DNA from: Prolixibacteraceae bacterium
Lineage (GTDB): Bacteria; Bacteroidota; Bacteroidia; Bacteroidales; Prolixibacteraceae
Reading direction: 5' to 3'
Assembly (NCBI GenBank): GCA_016938055.1
Contig: JAFGVJ010000142.1
Span: 1-48,262 of the forward strand
Length of the DNA: 48,262 nt
Below the pieces are notes generated by a model that was not told the origin of the DNA, searched no databases, and was given only the letters and a program-made list of their open reading frames with translations. The stretch's first letter is position 1, and each line of letters begins with the position of its first letter. Position numbers and translations under genes: made by a program. This document shows, one piece after another, positions 28,744 through 38,058 of this stretch.

Positions 28744-29329
28744 ATCCATCTGCATTGAAAACCGCAGTTTGCAGCTGATTGATCTGCATAACAAGCGAAT
28801 GGCTGAAGCCATGGCACAACTTTTTGGCATCAGTGGGCAACTATCGCTCCAAACAGTCATTAAAATCCCTGAGAACCTCCATAATGACCGTTACAAGTGC
28901 CGTTTAACCTGGAATCCTGCTGAAGGTTTTCGATATACCATTATGCCTTATCAGCAGCGAAGCATTCATTCTTTAAAACTGATTACAGTTGAAAACATTG
29001 AATATTTCTACAAAACCGATCAGCGACACATGCTCGACGAGGCCTATTCTTTAAGGGCTGGCTGCGACGATATTCTCATTGTTAAAAATCAATGCCTGAC
29101 CGATGCCTGGTCGTCCAACATTTTGCTATTCAATGGAGAACAATGGCTGACACCCGATACCCCCTTACTGAAAGGGGTACAACGCCGTTCACTGCTCGAA
29201 AGCGGAAAAATTAAGGAAGCCAGAATCTTGGCTACAGATATTTTTAAATTCCAGAAAATCAAGTTGGTGAATGCCATGGTTAACTTCGAAAGAGCTCAGG
29301 AAATTCCCATCGGACAAGTGATTTGTTGA
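28727..29329 (+). CDS. pabC: 4-amino-4-deoxychorismate lyase (class IV aminotransferase fold)
   Basis: LHNKRM, YKTDQR, SNILL and TPLLKGVQR motifs; overlaps the pabB end. Confidence 0.8.
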   Translation: MFRLVESICIENRSLQLIDLHNKRMAEAMAQLFGISGQLSLQTVIKIPENLHNDRYKCRLTWNPAEGFRYTIMPYQQRSIHSLKLITVENIEYFYKTDQRHMLDEAYSLRAGCDDILIVKNQCLTDAWSSNILLFNGEQWLTPDTPLLKGVQRRSLLESGKIKEARILATDIFKFQKIKLVNAMVNFERAQEIPIGQVIC

Positions 29330-29435
29330 AGTATCATCAATCAAATACTATCAACAGAGCTCATTTTTAAAAGTTCCCGTTAGGAAAAAAACACTATTTT
29401 TGATTAAAATTATCCCAAGGAGAAGAGTGAAGACG

Positions 29436-30245
29436 ATGGAAGACAATATGACGAATACTGACGCAGGTATAATGTTGTGGCAACCAATCCACCATGCAGT
29501 TAATCAATACATCAGCACCTTTCATAGCAATGATGTAAACATTCAGCTGAATTTTGATTTGAAAAGAGAACACATTTCCCGTGTGATTCAGAATGCCGAA
29601 ATGATTGCCCTAAGCATTGACTGTGACGAAACTGTCAGGGAAAGTGCACGTTTGGCTGCTTTGTTGCACGACGCCGGACGTTTTATACAGTTTCAGCAAT
29701 ACCAAACCTATAATGATGAACAATCGGAGGATCATGCCATCATTGCCTTAAGGCTTATCGACCAAAACAATTGGCTGGCTGAAATCCCCGAAGAACTCAG
29801 GCACCCTATTATCAAAGCAGTTGAATACCATAACAAACTGGCTGTTCCGAAAAACGAAACAGCCGAAGTGATGCTTCTTTCCAACATCCTGCGCGATGCC
29901 GATAAATTGGACATTCTGGACCAGGCAGTAAAAGAATATTCCTTGCAGAACAAGAACCGGAACAGTGCATTTTCCCTCGATCTGGAACCATCTCCAATGG
30001 TTTCGAAAGCCATCGCCAAAAGCCTTGCTTCAAAAAAACTACCGTCGAAAAGTGATATGAAGACGATCACTGATTTTAAACTGGTTCAAATGGCTTTTGT
30101 GTACGACCTTCATTTCAAACTCAGTTATTCACTGATCAACAAAAAAGGCATTCTCAAACAATTGTTCGATACAATGCCAAAATCAGATCAGGTATTTGAA
30201 TTGTATCGGAAAGCCAGGATTCATGTTGAAAACCAACTGATTTAA
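29436..30245 (+). CDS. HD-domain phosphohydrolase
   Basis: KREHISRV, LLHDAGRF, DHA, YHN and RDADKLD motifs; exact start uncertain. Confidence 0.85.
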   Translation: MEDNMTNTDAGIMLWQPIHHAVNQYISTFHSNDVNIQLNFDLKREHISRVIQNAEMIALSIDCDETVRESARLAALLHDAGRFIQFQQYQTYNDEQSEDHAIIALRLIDQNNWLAEIPEELRHPIIKAVEYHNKLAVPKNETAEVMLLSNILRDADKLDILDQAVKEYSLQNKNRNSAFSLDLEPSPMVSKAIAKSLASKKLPSKSDMKTITDFKLVQMAFVYDLHFKLSYSLINKKGILKQLFDTMPKSDQVFELYRKARIHVENQLI

Positions 30246-30278
30246 GCAAAAAAGCTTTTAATCCCGGAAATTTAACAG

Positions 30279-30482
30279 ATGATTATTTGTAGGTGCAACG
30301 AGGTAAGTGATTTTGAAATCAGAAAATTCATGAAAAAGCATCCTCATGCCTCGTTTGAAGCGTTGAAACTGGTCACAAGCGCCGGAACCTCATGCGGACG
30401 TTGTAAGCCACTGCTTCAAAAAATTCACGAACGCTTCAGCAATGAGCAGCCTCAAAACAATCAGCTTCGCCTTCCATTTTAG
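30279..30482 (+). CDS. BFD-like [2Fe-2S]-binding protein
   Basis: ICRCNEV and AGTSCGRC cysteine pattern. Confidence 0.8.
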   Translation: MIICRCNEVSDFEIRKFMKKHPHASFEALKLVTSAGTSCGRCKPLLQKIHERFSNEQPQNNQLRLPF

Positions 30483-30546
30483 TTGATCAATAGGCTCTAT
30501 CAGGGCTTTTTTCATTACTTTTATTTTCTCAAAAAAAATTGCATCT

Positions 30547-31851
30547 ATGCGAAAATTGCTGCTTCTGCTGCTTTGTACAGCCAATTTATTAAGTTGTTCC
30601 CGGAAAGTACCCTATCAGAAGGAAACAATCAGGGAAGCCCGACTTGAGTTCCAAAACATCGATAGTCTTTGTTTGTCTGCTCAGGAGCCTTTATTGAATT
30701 TTCGGTTATGTGCCCCCGTGTTGTTATTCGAACCGGAAACCCGTCATGTTTTTAGCAATGAACCCGGTGATAGTCTGGTTAAAGTAGATGGTATTTTCGC
30801 AGGAATTTTACCTTCAGCCATCCCTGCCATGAATGGTCCGCTTGAATGGAACGGAAAACACTGGACACTGCTGATGCTGCCCTTACCCGAAAATGCAGCA
30901 GATAAAAACCATCTGATCATTCATTCCTTCTTCCGTTTCAATGAAGACAAGCTGGGATTCAATCAATTGCAAACACCACACTGTCAACATCTGAACGAAC
31001 GAGACAACCGGATTTGGATGAAAATTGAAGCCACGGCATTGGAAATGGCTCTCCGTTCTGATGATGAGGCTGAGCAAAAGGAGCATTTGCGAATGGCTTT
31101 AGCAGCACGTAAAATGCGAAAAATATCTACCGGCGACTATTTCATCAGAGAGCTGCATCACGATTTAAAGATAGGCTTTCCTGAACTTATCTGGCTTCTC
31201 ATGAATCAGCAAACGTACGAAACAAACAAGACAGCCTTGATTGCCTCGCTCTCCCATCTGCAACAAGCCGATCATCTGATGAACGCCTTTGCAGCGGTAA
31301 TGTTCCCGGCCTACGGTTATCTGATGAGCCAACAATCAACACAATGGTTGAAAAGCATCCAACACCAAAGCGATCTCATTCCATTGGTACAGGATTTTTA
31401 CCAGTTTACTTATCCCGAAGATTTTGGAGGGGTAATGAACCTGCTGAGTACAAAATACCATCGCCAGGCCATTGAAACTTTTGAGGATCAGCGTGAAAAA
31501 CGACTTATTGCGTTGGCCGAAAAGTATCATCAAAAATTCATAGGTTCACCTTTTGTAATGATCAGGCTCAATAAGCAAACCACCATTGAGTACCTTTCGG
31601 ACCAAATGATTCCTTTTGAAGGGAAGGGTTATATCATCCCTGAATTAAAGGCAACTGGTCCCTGGGGCACCATTAAGGTAAGCGACGGGGCCCTCATCAA
31701 CAATGAAAACAGTTATTTATATTTCTCGGCACCCTTCAGCATCCACGATCATGAAGCCAGCGGAACTGACTGGCAAATGCTGCTGAACCCCGGTTTTGGC
31801 ATTCATCCCTATGCTGGTACCGATAAGTACATCGTGAACCGGAATCCTTGA
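30547..31851 (+). CDS. Hypothetical lipoprotein, possibly a degenerate zinc-protease homologue
   Basis: Lipobox LLSC; 434-aa ORF; no intact HExxH motif. Confidence 0.6.
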   Translation: MRKLLLLLLCTANLLSCSRKVPYQKETIREARLEFQNIDSLCLSAQEPLLNFRLCAPVLLFEPETRHVFSNEPGDSLVKVDGIFAGILPSAIPAMNGPLEWNGKHWTLLMLPLPENAADKNHLIIHSFFRFNEDKLGFNQLQTPHCQHLNERDNRIWMKIEATALEMALRSDDEAEQKEHLRMALAARKMRKISTGDYFIRELHHDLKIGFPELIWLLMNQQTYETNKTALIASLSHLQQADHLMNAFAAVMFPAYGYLMSQQSTQWLKSIQHQSDLIPLVQDFYQFTYPEDFGGVMNLLSTKYHRQAIETFEDQREKRLIALAEKYHQKFIGSPFVMIRLNKQTTIEYLSDQMIPFEGKGYIIPELKATGPWGTIKVSDGALINNENSYLYFSAPFSIHDHEASGTDWQMLLNPGFGIHPYAGTDKYIVNRNP

Positions 31852-31950
31852 CCAATGTCAAGATGTTGCCCAGCATAGGGACAAACCGAAATCATTATCT
31901 TTGCGGGAAAACCAAAGCAAAATACCTTAAAACATACTTTATCAGATCAA

Positions 31951-32709
31951 ATGGAAAGAAAAAAAATACTCATTACAAACGACGACGGAATCAAGGCGAA
32001 GGGCATTATTACGCTGATGAATATTGCCAAAGCGTATGGTGATGTACTGGTGGTAGCGCCCGATCGTTCCCGCTCAGGAATGTCGTCGGCCATAACAGTT
32101 GAAGAACCCATCAGGTTGAAGAAACACAACGATGAAATTGGCTTTGAAACCTACAGTTGCACAGGTACGCCCGTTGATTGTGTGAAACTGGCCTTTGACA
32201 AACTACTCGATCGTGCCCCTGATTTAATTTTATCGGGCATTAACCACGGATCCAATTCATCGGTGAGTGTACATTATTCGGGAACCATGGGTGCGGTCAT
32301 TGAAGGCTGTATCCACGAAATCCCTTCGGTGGGTTTCTCCTTGTGCGACTGGCAATTCGATGCCGATTTTTCACACTTTGAATCCTATATCCAGCGGATC
32401 ATTGAACAGGTATTGCTGCATGGATTGCCAGTGGGAACCTGTCTGAATGTGAACGCCCCCAAAGGCGCACTGGAAGGCATCGAGATTTGCCGCCAGGGTA
32501 ATGGTCGCTGGGTTGAAGAATTCGATAAAAGAACCGATCCGCACAGCCGCGATTATTATTGGATTACAGGCTATTACCAAAACCTTGATAATGGCTCTAC
32601 CGATACCGACAATCACATTCTTGAAACCCGGAAAGTTTCAATCGTTCCGATAAAAGTGGATTTAACCGACCATGCATTTCTACCAAAGTTGAAAGAATGG
32701 GAACTTTAA
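31951..32709 (+). CDS. surE: 5'/3'-nucleotidase SurE
   Basis: ILITNDDG, GTPVDCV, SGINHG and YSGT motifs; TATCTTTG -7 box at 31896-31903. Confidence 0.96.
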   Translation: MERKKILITNDDGIKAKGIITLMNIAKAYGDVLVVAPDRSRSGMSSAITVEEPIRLKKHNDEIGFETYSCTGTPVDCVKLAFDKLLDRAPDLILSGINHGSNSSVSVHYSGTMGAVIEGCIHEIPSVGFSLCDWQFDADFSHFESYIQRIIEQVLLHGLPVGTCLNVNAPKGALEGIEICRQGNGRWVEEFDKRTDPHSRDYYWITGYYQNLDNGSTDTDNHILETRKVSIVPIKVDLTDHAFLPKLKEWEL

Positions 32710-33008
32710 AAAAGAAAAACCATTGGACCGATCAGGGATGGTTGGGCTTCTTATTGGGGGTTTTAATACCCTTGCTGGCCTTCTATCTTTATTATAGGCT
32801 GAAATTTCGTGATATGGTTTTCATTGATCTCATAAAATCGCTCCATGAATACCGTTTATTGTTCAAAGTCATGAGTTTGAGTGTGCTGGCCGATTTGCCT
32901 TTGTTTTATCTTTTTTTGCAGTTTAAACATTTCAAAAGTTCCAGGGGTGTAGTGATGGCTTGTTTTCTCTTTGCCTTTTTGGTGTTGGGCTACCGGATTT
33001 TTAACTAA
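32697..33008 (+). CDS. Hypothetical small membrane protein (about 3 TM)
   Basis: Three hydrophobic segments; fills the surE-lpxB gap and overlaps the surE end. Confidence 0.7.
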   Translation: MGTLKKKNHWTDQGWLGFLLGVLIPLLAFYLYYRLKFRDMVFIDLIKSLHEYRLLFKVMSLSVLADLPLFYLFLQFKHFKSSRGVVMACFLFAFLVLGYRIFN

Positions 33009-33019
33009 ATGCACAAACA

Positions 33020-34144
33020 ATGAAGTATTATCTGATTGCCGGTGAAACCTCAGGCGACATGCACGCTGCTTCGCTGATGGCTGAAATCAAAAAACTGGAT
33101 CACGATGCCAGTTTCGGTTATTTTGGAGGTGATCAGATGCAGTTACAGGGAGGAGTATGTTACCAACACATCAAACACCTGGCTTTCATGGGCATAGTGC
33201 CCGTTTTGTTGAACCTGAATGCCATTCGCAAAAACATGGCTTTATGTCGGGCCAGTCTGTTGGAATTTCAACCCGACATGCTCATCTTGGTTGACTATCC
33301 TGGTTTTAATCTGCGCATAGCCCGCTTTGCCAAGCGCCACAACATTCGCACAGCCTATTACATTTCACCCAAAGTCTGGGCCTGGAAAACACAAAGGGTG
33401 AAACTGGTCAAACAGTTTGTAGACCAAATGTATACCATCTTTCCCTTTGAAACCAGCTTTTATGCGCAACACCAATACCCGGTAAACTATGTGGGGAACC
33501 CGGTATTCGATCTTATTCAGAAAGAAAAAGAAAGAGAGTTCAACACCGATGCATTTCGGAGGTCCAACGGACTTAGCAACAACCCCATAGTAGCCCTGCT
33601 GGCCGGAAGCCGCAAACACGAGATCAAAGCCCTGCTTCCTGTCATGGTTAAGGTTGCTGCTCAATTCCCCGACCATCAGTTTGTGGTTGCAGGTGCACCG
33701 GGCATTGATCCCGATTTTTATCTGAAATTGTTTACCAATAACGTGAAATTCATACAACAACAAACCTATAAGTTACTTAGAGCAAGCGAAGCAGCCATTG
33801 TTACTTCAGGTACTGCCACCCTTGAAACAGCCTTGTTAAAAGTGCCTCAGGTGGTGGTATACAAAATGGGAATGGGACGAATTTTGTCTTTATTCCGCAA
33901 GCAAATACTGAAAACCCAATTTTTTTCGTTGGTCAACCTGGTGGCAGAAAAAGAAGTGGTGAAAGAATATTTCCAGCAGGAAGTCAGTCTGCTAAACCTT
34001 AAAAATGAATTGAAGCTGTTGTTGCATAACAAGGAATACCGAAATGTAATGTTGAATGAGTATGCCAGCATGGAAAAGAAAATTGCCACTGGAGGTGCAG
34101 CTCGTAACGCAGCACATGAAATAGTCAACTCGCTTAAATCCTGA
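33020..34144 (+). CDS. lpxB: Lipid-A-disaccharide synthase
   Basis: AGETSGD, VDYPGFN, YISPKVWAWK, IFPFE, GSR and SGTATLE motifs. Confidence 0.96.
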   Translation: MKYYLIAGETSGDMHAASLMAEIKKLDHDASFGYFGGDQMQLQGGVCYQHIKHLAFMGIVPVLLNLNAIRKNMALCRASLLEFQPDMLILVDYPGFNLRIARFAKRHNIRTAYYISPKVWAWKTQRVKLVKQFVDQMYTIFPFETSFYAQHQYPVNYVGNPVFDLIQKEKEREFNTDAFRRSNGLSNNPIVALLAGSRKHEIKALLPVMVKVAAQFPDHQFVVAGAPGIDPDFYLKLFTNNVKFIQQQTYKLLRASEAAIVTSGTATLETALLKVPQVVVYKMGMGRILSLFRKQILKTQFFSLVNLVAEKEVVKEYFQQEVSLLNLKNELKLLLHNKEYRNVMLNEYASMEKKIATGGAARNAAHEIVNSLKS

Positions 34145-34149
34145 ATCAG

Positions 34150-36549
34150 ATGTTTAGCTTGTTTAAAAAAGAATTGAACGCTTTTTTTGGATCCATCACA
34201 GGTTTCCTGGTAGTATCCATCTTCCTGCTGACCACCAGCTTGTTCCTATGGGTCATTCCAGGCCCCTTTAACCTGATAGACGGACAAAGAGCCAGCTTAA
34301 AAATCTTTTTTGATCTGGCCCCGTGGTTGTATTTGTTCCTGATTCCTGCTATTACCATGCGGATGTTTGCCGAGGAAAGGAAAATGGGAACCCTCGAAAT
34401 GATCGTGACACGTCCCATCAGCACCATCGGGATTGTGTTGTCAAAATTTATGGCTGCCCTGATTCTGGTTGTGGTTTCGCTCTTGCCCACCCTGCTCTAT
34501 TTTTATTCTGTTTTCCAACTGGGAAACCCTGCAGGAAATATCGACACAGGTGCAACCTGGGGTTCGTACACAGGATTGGTCCTGCTCGCAGCCGGCTACA
34601 TTGCCATTGGACTGTTTGCATCAATGCTCACCAGCAACCAGGTCATAGCATTCTTGCTGGCGGTGGTTATATCCTTTATCATGTTTCTTGGACTCGACTT
34701 TATCGCTTCGGCCGGCATTCCAAATGCTCTTCAAAATATCTTGTTACAGTTCAGTATCCATGAGCACTACCTTTCAATCAGTCGTGGTGTGATTGATTCC
34801 CGTGACCTAAGTTACTTTCTGCTGCTGACGCTCTTTTTCTTAGCACTCACCACCCGTTTCATCAACAAGTTATCCATCACTGCCATACTGAGTCAAACGC
34901 GTTTCATCGGCTTACTGCTCGTTTCAATCCTTTTTGTAGCCATGACGCAGATCAGACTATTCAGGATCGACCTGACTGCCGAAAACAGGTATACCTTATC
35001 GGCTGTTTCCAAAAGCATTCTTGATGACTGGAGCAAGCCCATTGACGTTGACATATACCTGGCTGGAAACTTGCCATCCGGAATGAAAGAATTTCAGGAT
35101 GCCATTGTTGAAAAGGTAGAGGACATGAATGCCTTCTCCAATGAAAGGATTCGTGCCGAAATCAGGGATGTATATGAAATTTCGAATGAAACAGAGCGCA
35201 AGCGCATAATTACCTCACTTGTTGAAGCAGGCATTGAACCTGTGAATTTTGGTCACAAAACCACCGAAGGGCTTTCAACACGGCAAATATTTCCGGGAGC
35301 CATTATTCGTACCGGGAACAAAGCAATTGCCATCAACCTTCTTAAAAACAATCCCTTGCTTTCGGCTGATGAGAACCTGCAACAATCCATCGAATTGCTT
35401 GAATTTGAGTTTATCAGAGCCTTGCGTTACTTACAACAGGAAAGCCCTAAAACCATTGCCTTTTTGAGCGGACATGGTGAAGCATCGAACTTTGAAACTG
35501 GTGATTTGCGATACAACCTGAGCGAGCAATATCAAATTATTGACATTCGGGCTGAAGCTCTTTCAGATAAGGATTCAATCCAAGTACTGGTAGTGGCTGC
35601 CCCTGGCGAAGCACTGAATGAGAGCGACAAACTGCACATTGATCAGTTTATCATGCAGGGAGGAAATGTTTTGTGGTGCATTGATCCGGTGCAGGTAAGC
35701 ATCGATTCATTGTCGAAGGGATTATCGACCATCGCTTTTGAAAAAGGGCTCAACCTGCGCGACCAGCTTTTTCGTTACGGAGTGCGGCTCAATCCGAACC
35801 TGATTCAGGATGCCTTTTGCATGGAATATCCTGTCAATACAGCACCTCCCGGACAAGCCTCCAGCTTTACACCGGCTCCTTTCTACTATGCACCGCTGGC
35901 TTTGCCCAGACCAGAGCATCCGCTCAGCCGCAATCTGAACAATGTGATGCTGGAATTTGCCAGTTCGGTTCAGTTGGTGGGCGAAAGCGAAGAAGTTAAA
36001 GGGACCGTCATACTCAGCACTTCGCCCTATGCAAGATCCATGCAAACGCCGCTGGAAGTAAGCCTACTAAGTGCGACCAATCCTCCCGATCAGCAACTAT
36101 TTAATCAAGCCAATATCCCCATTGGTGTCCTGCTCGAAGGCAATTTCTCATCGGCTTTCACCAATAGAATGACCGGGCAGCTTGGTTTTTCACAAATCCG
36201 TGACAAAGGCGCTCCGTCGAAAATGATCGTGATTGCCGATGGCGACATTCTCAAAAATAAAGTGCGTAACCGTGGCGGACAGGTACAAATCCAAGCGCTG
36301 GGTTTCGATCAATATTCAGGGCAGGTTTTCGGAAATCGTGAATTTCTCATGAATTGCATCGATTACCTGGCCGATGATCAAGGAATTATGCAATTGCGTA
36401 CCAAGGTAGTCAAACTTCGTTTGCTCGACAAAGTGAAAATCAGGGATCAACAGTTACGCTGGCAACTCATCAACATCCTTTTACCAGTACTGATTTACTT
36501 GTTGATGGGCATCTTGTATAATTACATCAGGCAGCGGCGTTATCGGTAA
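34150..36549 (+). CDS. gldG: Fused gliding-motility-associated ABC transporter permease GldF and auxiliary GldG
   Basis: First ~240 aa GldF-like (APWLYLFLIPAITMRMFAEERKMGTLE, SRGVIDSRD); the rest GldG-like (RIDLTAENRYTLS, FLSGHGE, IDQFIMQGG, VIADGD, GNREFLMN); one continuous frame. Confidence 0.88.
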   Translation: MFSLFKKELNAFFGSITGFLVVSIFLLTTSLFLWVIPGPFNLIDGQRASLKIFFDLAPWLYLFLIPAITMRMFAEERKMGTLEMIVTRPISTIGIVLSKFMAALILVVVSLLPTLLYFYSVFQLGNPAGNIDTGATWGSYTGLVLLAAGYIAIGLFASMLTSNQVIAFLLAVVISFIMFLGLDFIASAGIPNALQNILLQFSIHEHYLSISRGVIDSRDLSYFLLLTLFFLALTTRFINKLSITAILSQTRFIGLLLVSILFVAMTQIRLFRIDLTAENRYTLSAVSKSILDDWSKPIDVDIYLAGNLPSGMKEFQDAIVEKVEDMNAFSNERIRAEIRDVYEISNETERKRIITSLVEAGIEPVNFGHKTTEGLSTRQIFPGAIIRTGNKAIAINLLKNNPLLSADENLQQSIELLEFEFIRALRYLQQESPKTIAFLSGHGEASNFETGDLRYNLSEQYQIIDIRAEALSDKDSIQVLVVAAPGEALNESDKLHIDQFIMQGGNVLWCIDPVQVSIDSLSKGLSTIAFEKGLNLRDQLFRYGVRLNPNLIQDAFCMEYPVNTAPPGQASSFTPAPFYYAPLALPRPEHPLSRNLNNVMLEFASSVQLVGESEEVKGTVILSTSPYARSMQTPLEVSLLSATNPPDQQLFNQANIPIGVLLEGNFSSAFTNRMTGQLGFSQIRDKGAPSKMIVIADGDILKNKVRNRGGQVQIQALGFDQYSGQVFGNREFLMNCIDYLADDQGIMQLRTKVVKLRLLDKVKIRDQQLRWQLINILLPVLIYLLMGILYNYIRQRRYR

Positions 36550-36621
36550 TCCTCTTAGCTTAAGAATGTTTTGTAAAATAATGCTCACCAGGAAGCATCC
36601 AGGCTGATAAGGTCAAAAAAG

Positions 36622-36630
36622 TTATCCACA
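36622..36630 (+). promoter_or_regulatory. Consensus DnaA box upstream of dnaN
   Basis: TTATCCACA, about 60 bp upstream of a TATATTTG -7 box (36692-36699). Confidence 0.55.
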
Positions 36631-36856
36631 ATATTTCATAAAAAATCAGACTTTTCTTTGAACGAGTCCATTGATTGAGCTATTTTTCATGTATATTTGA
36701 TTGAATTTTTCAAAACAGGATCAAGGAGCTAAAAAACTGAACCATTGAGTAAAACATGTTTGCAAACCATGAAGGCATGTTGCTTTTTGAAAAGTTAAAG
36801 CGATGACAATCCTACTTATTCGTTCCATTCGACAATAAAAAACAAAAGTATAAGCT

Positions 36857-37987
36857 ATGAAATTTGTAGTTTCCAGTACAGAGATTCTAAACCATCTGAC
36901 AGCTATCAGCAGAGTGATCAGCTCAAAAAGTACCTTGCCCATTCTCGATAACTTCCTGTTCAATTTGGAAGAAAATAAGTTAACCATTACTGCTTCCGAT
37001 CTGGAGACCACCCTGGTTACCTGGGTTGAACTGGAAAATACCGAAGGAATTGGAGAGATCGCGGTGCCGGCCAAGTTACTCATTGACACTCTGAAAGAAT
37101 TTCCCGAGCAACCCCTCACCTTCCAAATCAACACCGAAACTTTTGCCATCGACATTTTCTCGGTCAACGGTAAATTCAGTATCGTGGGTCAGCAAGGTGA
37201 AGAATATCCCGAATTACCTGTCATTCAAGCATCTCATGCCACTTCGGTGAAATTGAGCCACGACTTGCTGCTGAGCGGGATCAACAAAACCCTGTTTGCT
37301 ACTGCCGACGATGAACTGCGTCCAGTCATGAATGGGATCCTGGTAGAAATAGCTCCCGAAGAGCTTACTTTTGTTGCTTCCGATGCCCATAAACTGGTCC
37401 GTTACAAGCGTACCGATGTTAAAGCAGAAGCTGAATCATCCTTCATTCTGCCCAAAAAGCCGGCTGCCCTGTTGAAAAATTTGCTGCCCCGCGAAGATTT
37501 TGATGTAAAATTGGAATTTGATGAGAAAAATGCCTTCTTCAGCCTTACCAATTTTACGGTTATTTGCCGCCTGGTTGAAGGAAAATATCCCAGTTACAAT
37601 TCAGTGATTCCCACCAACAATCCCAACAAACTGCAAATTGACCGTTTGGAACTGTACAACACCTTGCGCAGGGTATCGGTATTTTCAAACCAGGCCAGCA
37701 ACTTAGTACGCCTGAAAATTACAGGAAACCAGCTGGTTGTATCAGCACAGGACATCGATTTTTCCATTTCGGCTGTTGAACGCCTGACCTGTTCATACGA
37801 AGGCGATGAAATGGAAATCGGGTTCAAATCATCGTTCCTGATTGAAATTTTGGCCAACCTGGCTTCAACCGATGTCAAAGTAGAACTATCAGATCCTACA
37901 CGTGCTGGCTTATTGCTGCCCGTTGAAAAGGAATTCGATGAAGAAGATGTGTTGATGCTGCTTATGCCAATGATGATTAACGCATAA
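36857..37987 (+). CDS. dnaN: DNA polymerase III beta sliding clamp
   Basis: LPILDNFL, ASDLE, DELRPVMNG, ASDAHKL, EGKYP and C-terminal LLMPM motifs. Confidence 0.97.
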   Translation: MKFVVSSTEILNHLTAISRVISSKSTLPILDNFLFNLEENKLTITASDLETTLVTWVELENTEGIGEIAVPAKLLIDTLKEFPEQPLTFQINTETFAIDIFSVNGKFSIVGQQGEEYPELPVIQASHATSVKLSHDLLLSGINKTLFATADDELRPVMNGILVEIAPEELTFVASDAHKLVRYKRTDVKAEAESSFILPKKPAALLKNLLPREDFDVKLEFDEKNAFFSLTNFTVICRLVEGKYPSYNSVIPTNNPNKLQIDRLELYNTLRRVSVFSNQASNLVRLKITGNQLVVSAQDIDFSISAVERLTCSYEGDEMEIGFKSSFLIEILANLASTDVKVELSDPTRAGLLLPVEKEFDEEDVLMLLMPMMINA

Positions 37988-38008
37988 TATCATTGATCCC
38001 ATTGATAC

Positions 38009-38040
38009 AAGCGCTCCAAGCAATTGGTCAGCGCTTTTTT
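38009..38040 (+). terminator. Probable terminator between dnaN and dnaQ
   Basis: AAGCGCT-CCAA-GCAA-TTGG-TC-AGCGCTT followed by a T tract. Confidence 0.6.
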
Positions 38041-38058
38041 ATTTAAAATTGAACGAAA

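Noticed and set aside
27769-29329. pabB-pabC without pabA
   Set aside because: A common arrangement; the glutaminase subunit is often encoded elsewhere or shared with TrpG
19165-36608. Similar 15-mer AAGCATCCA(T/G)GCTGA in two intergenic regions (about 19165 and 36593), and scattered YTGA-W(1-3)-TCAR mini-palindromes
   Set aside because: Only two copies and low complexity; cannot be told from chance without a genome-wide count
36550-36856. oriC upstream of dnaN
   Set aside because: Only one DnaA box, no dnaA gene and no evident unwinding-element repeats; a dif-like site 26 kb away would also argue against it
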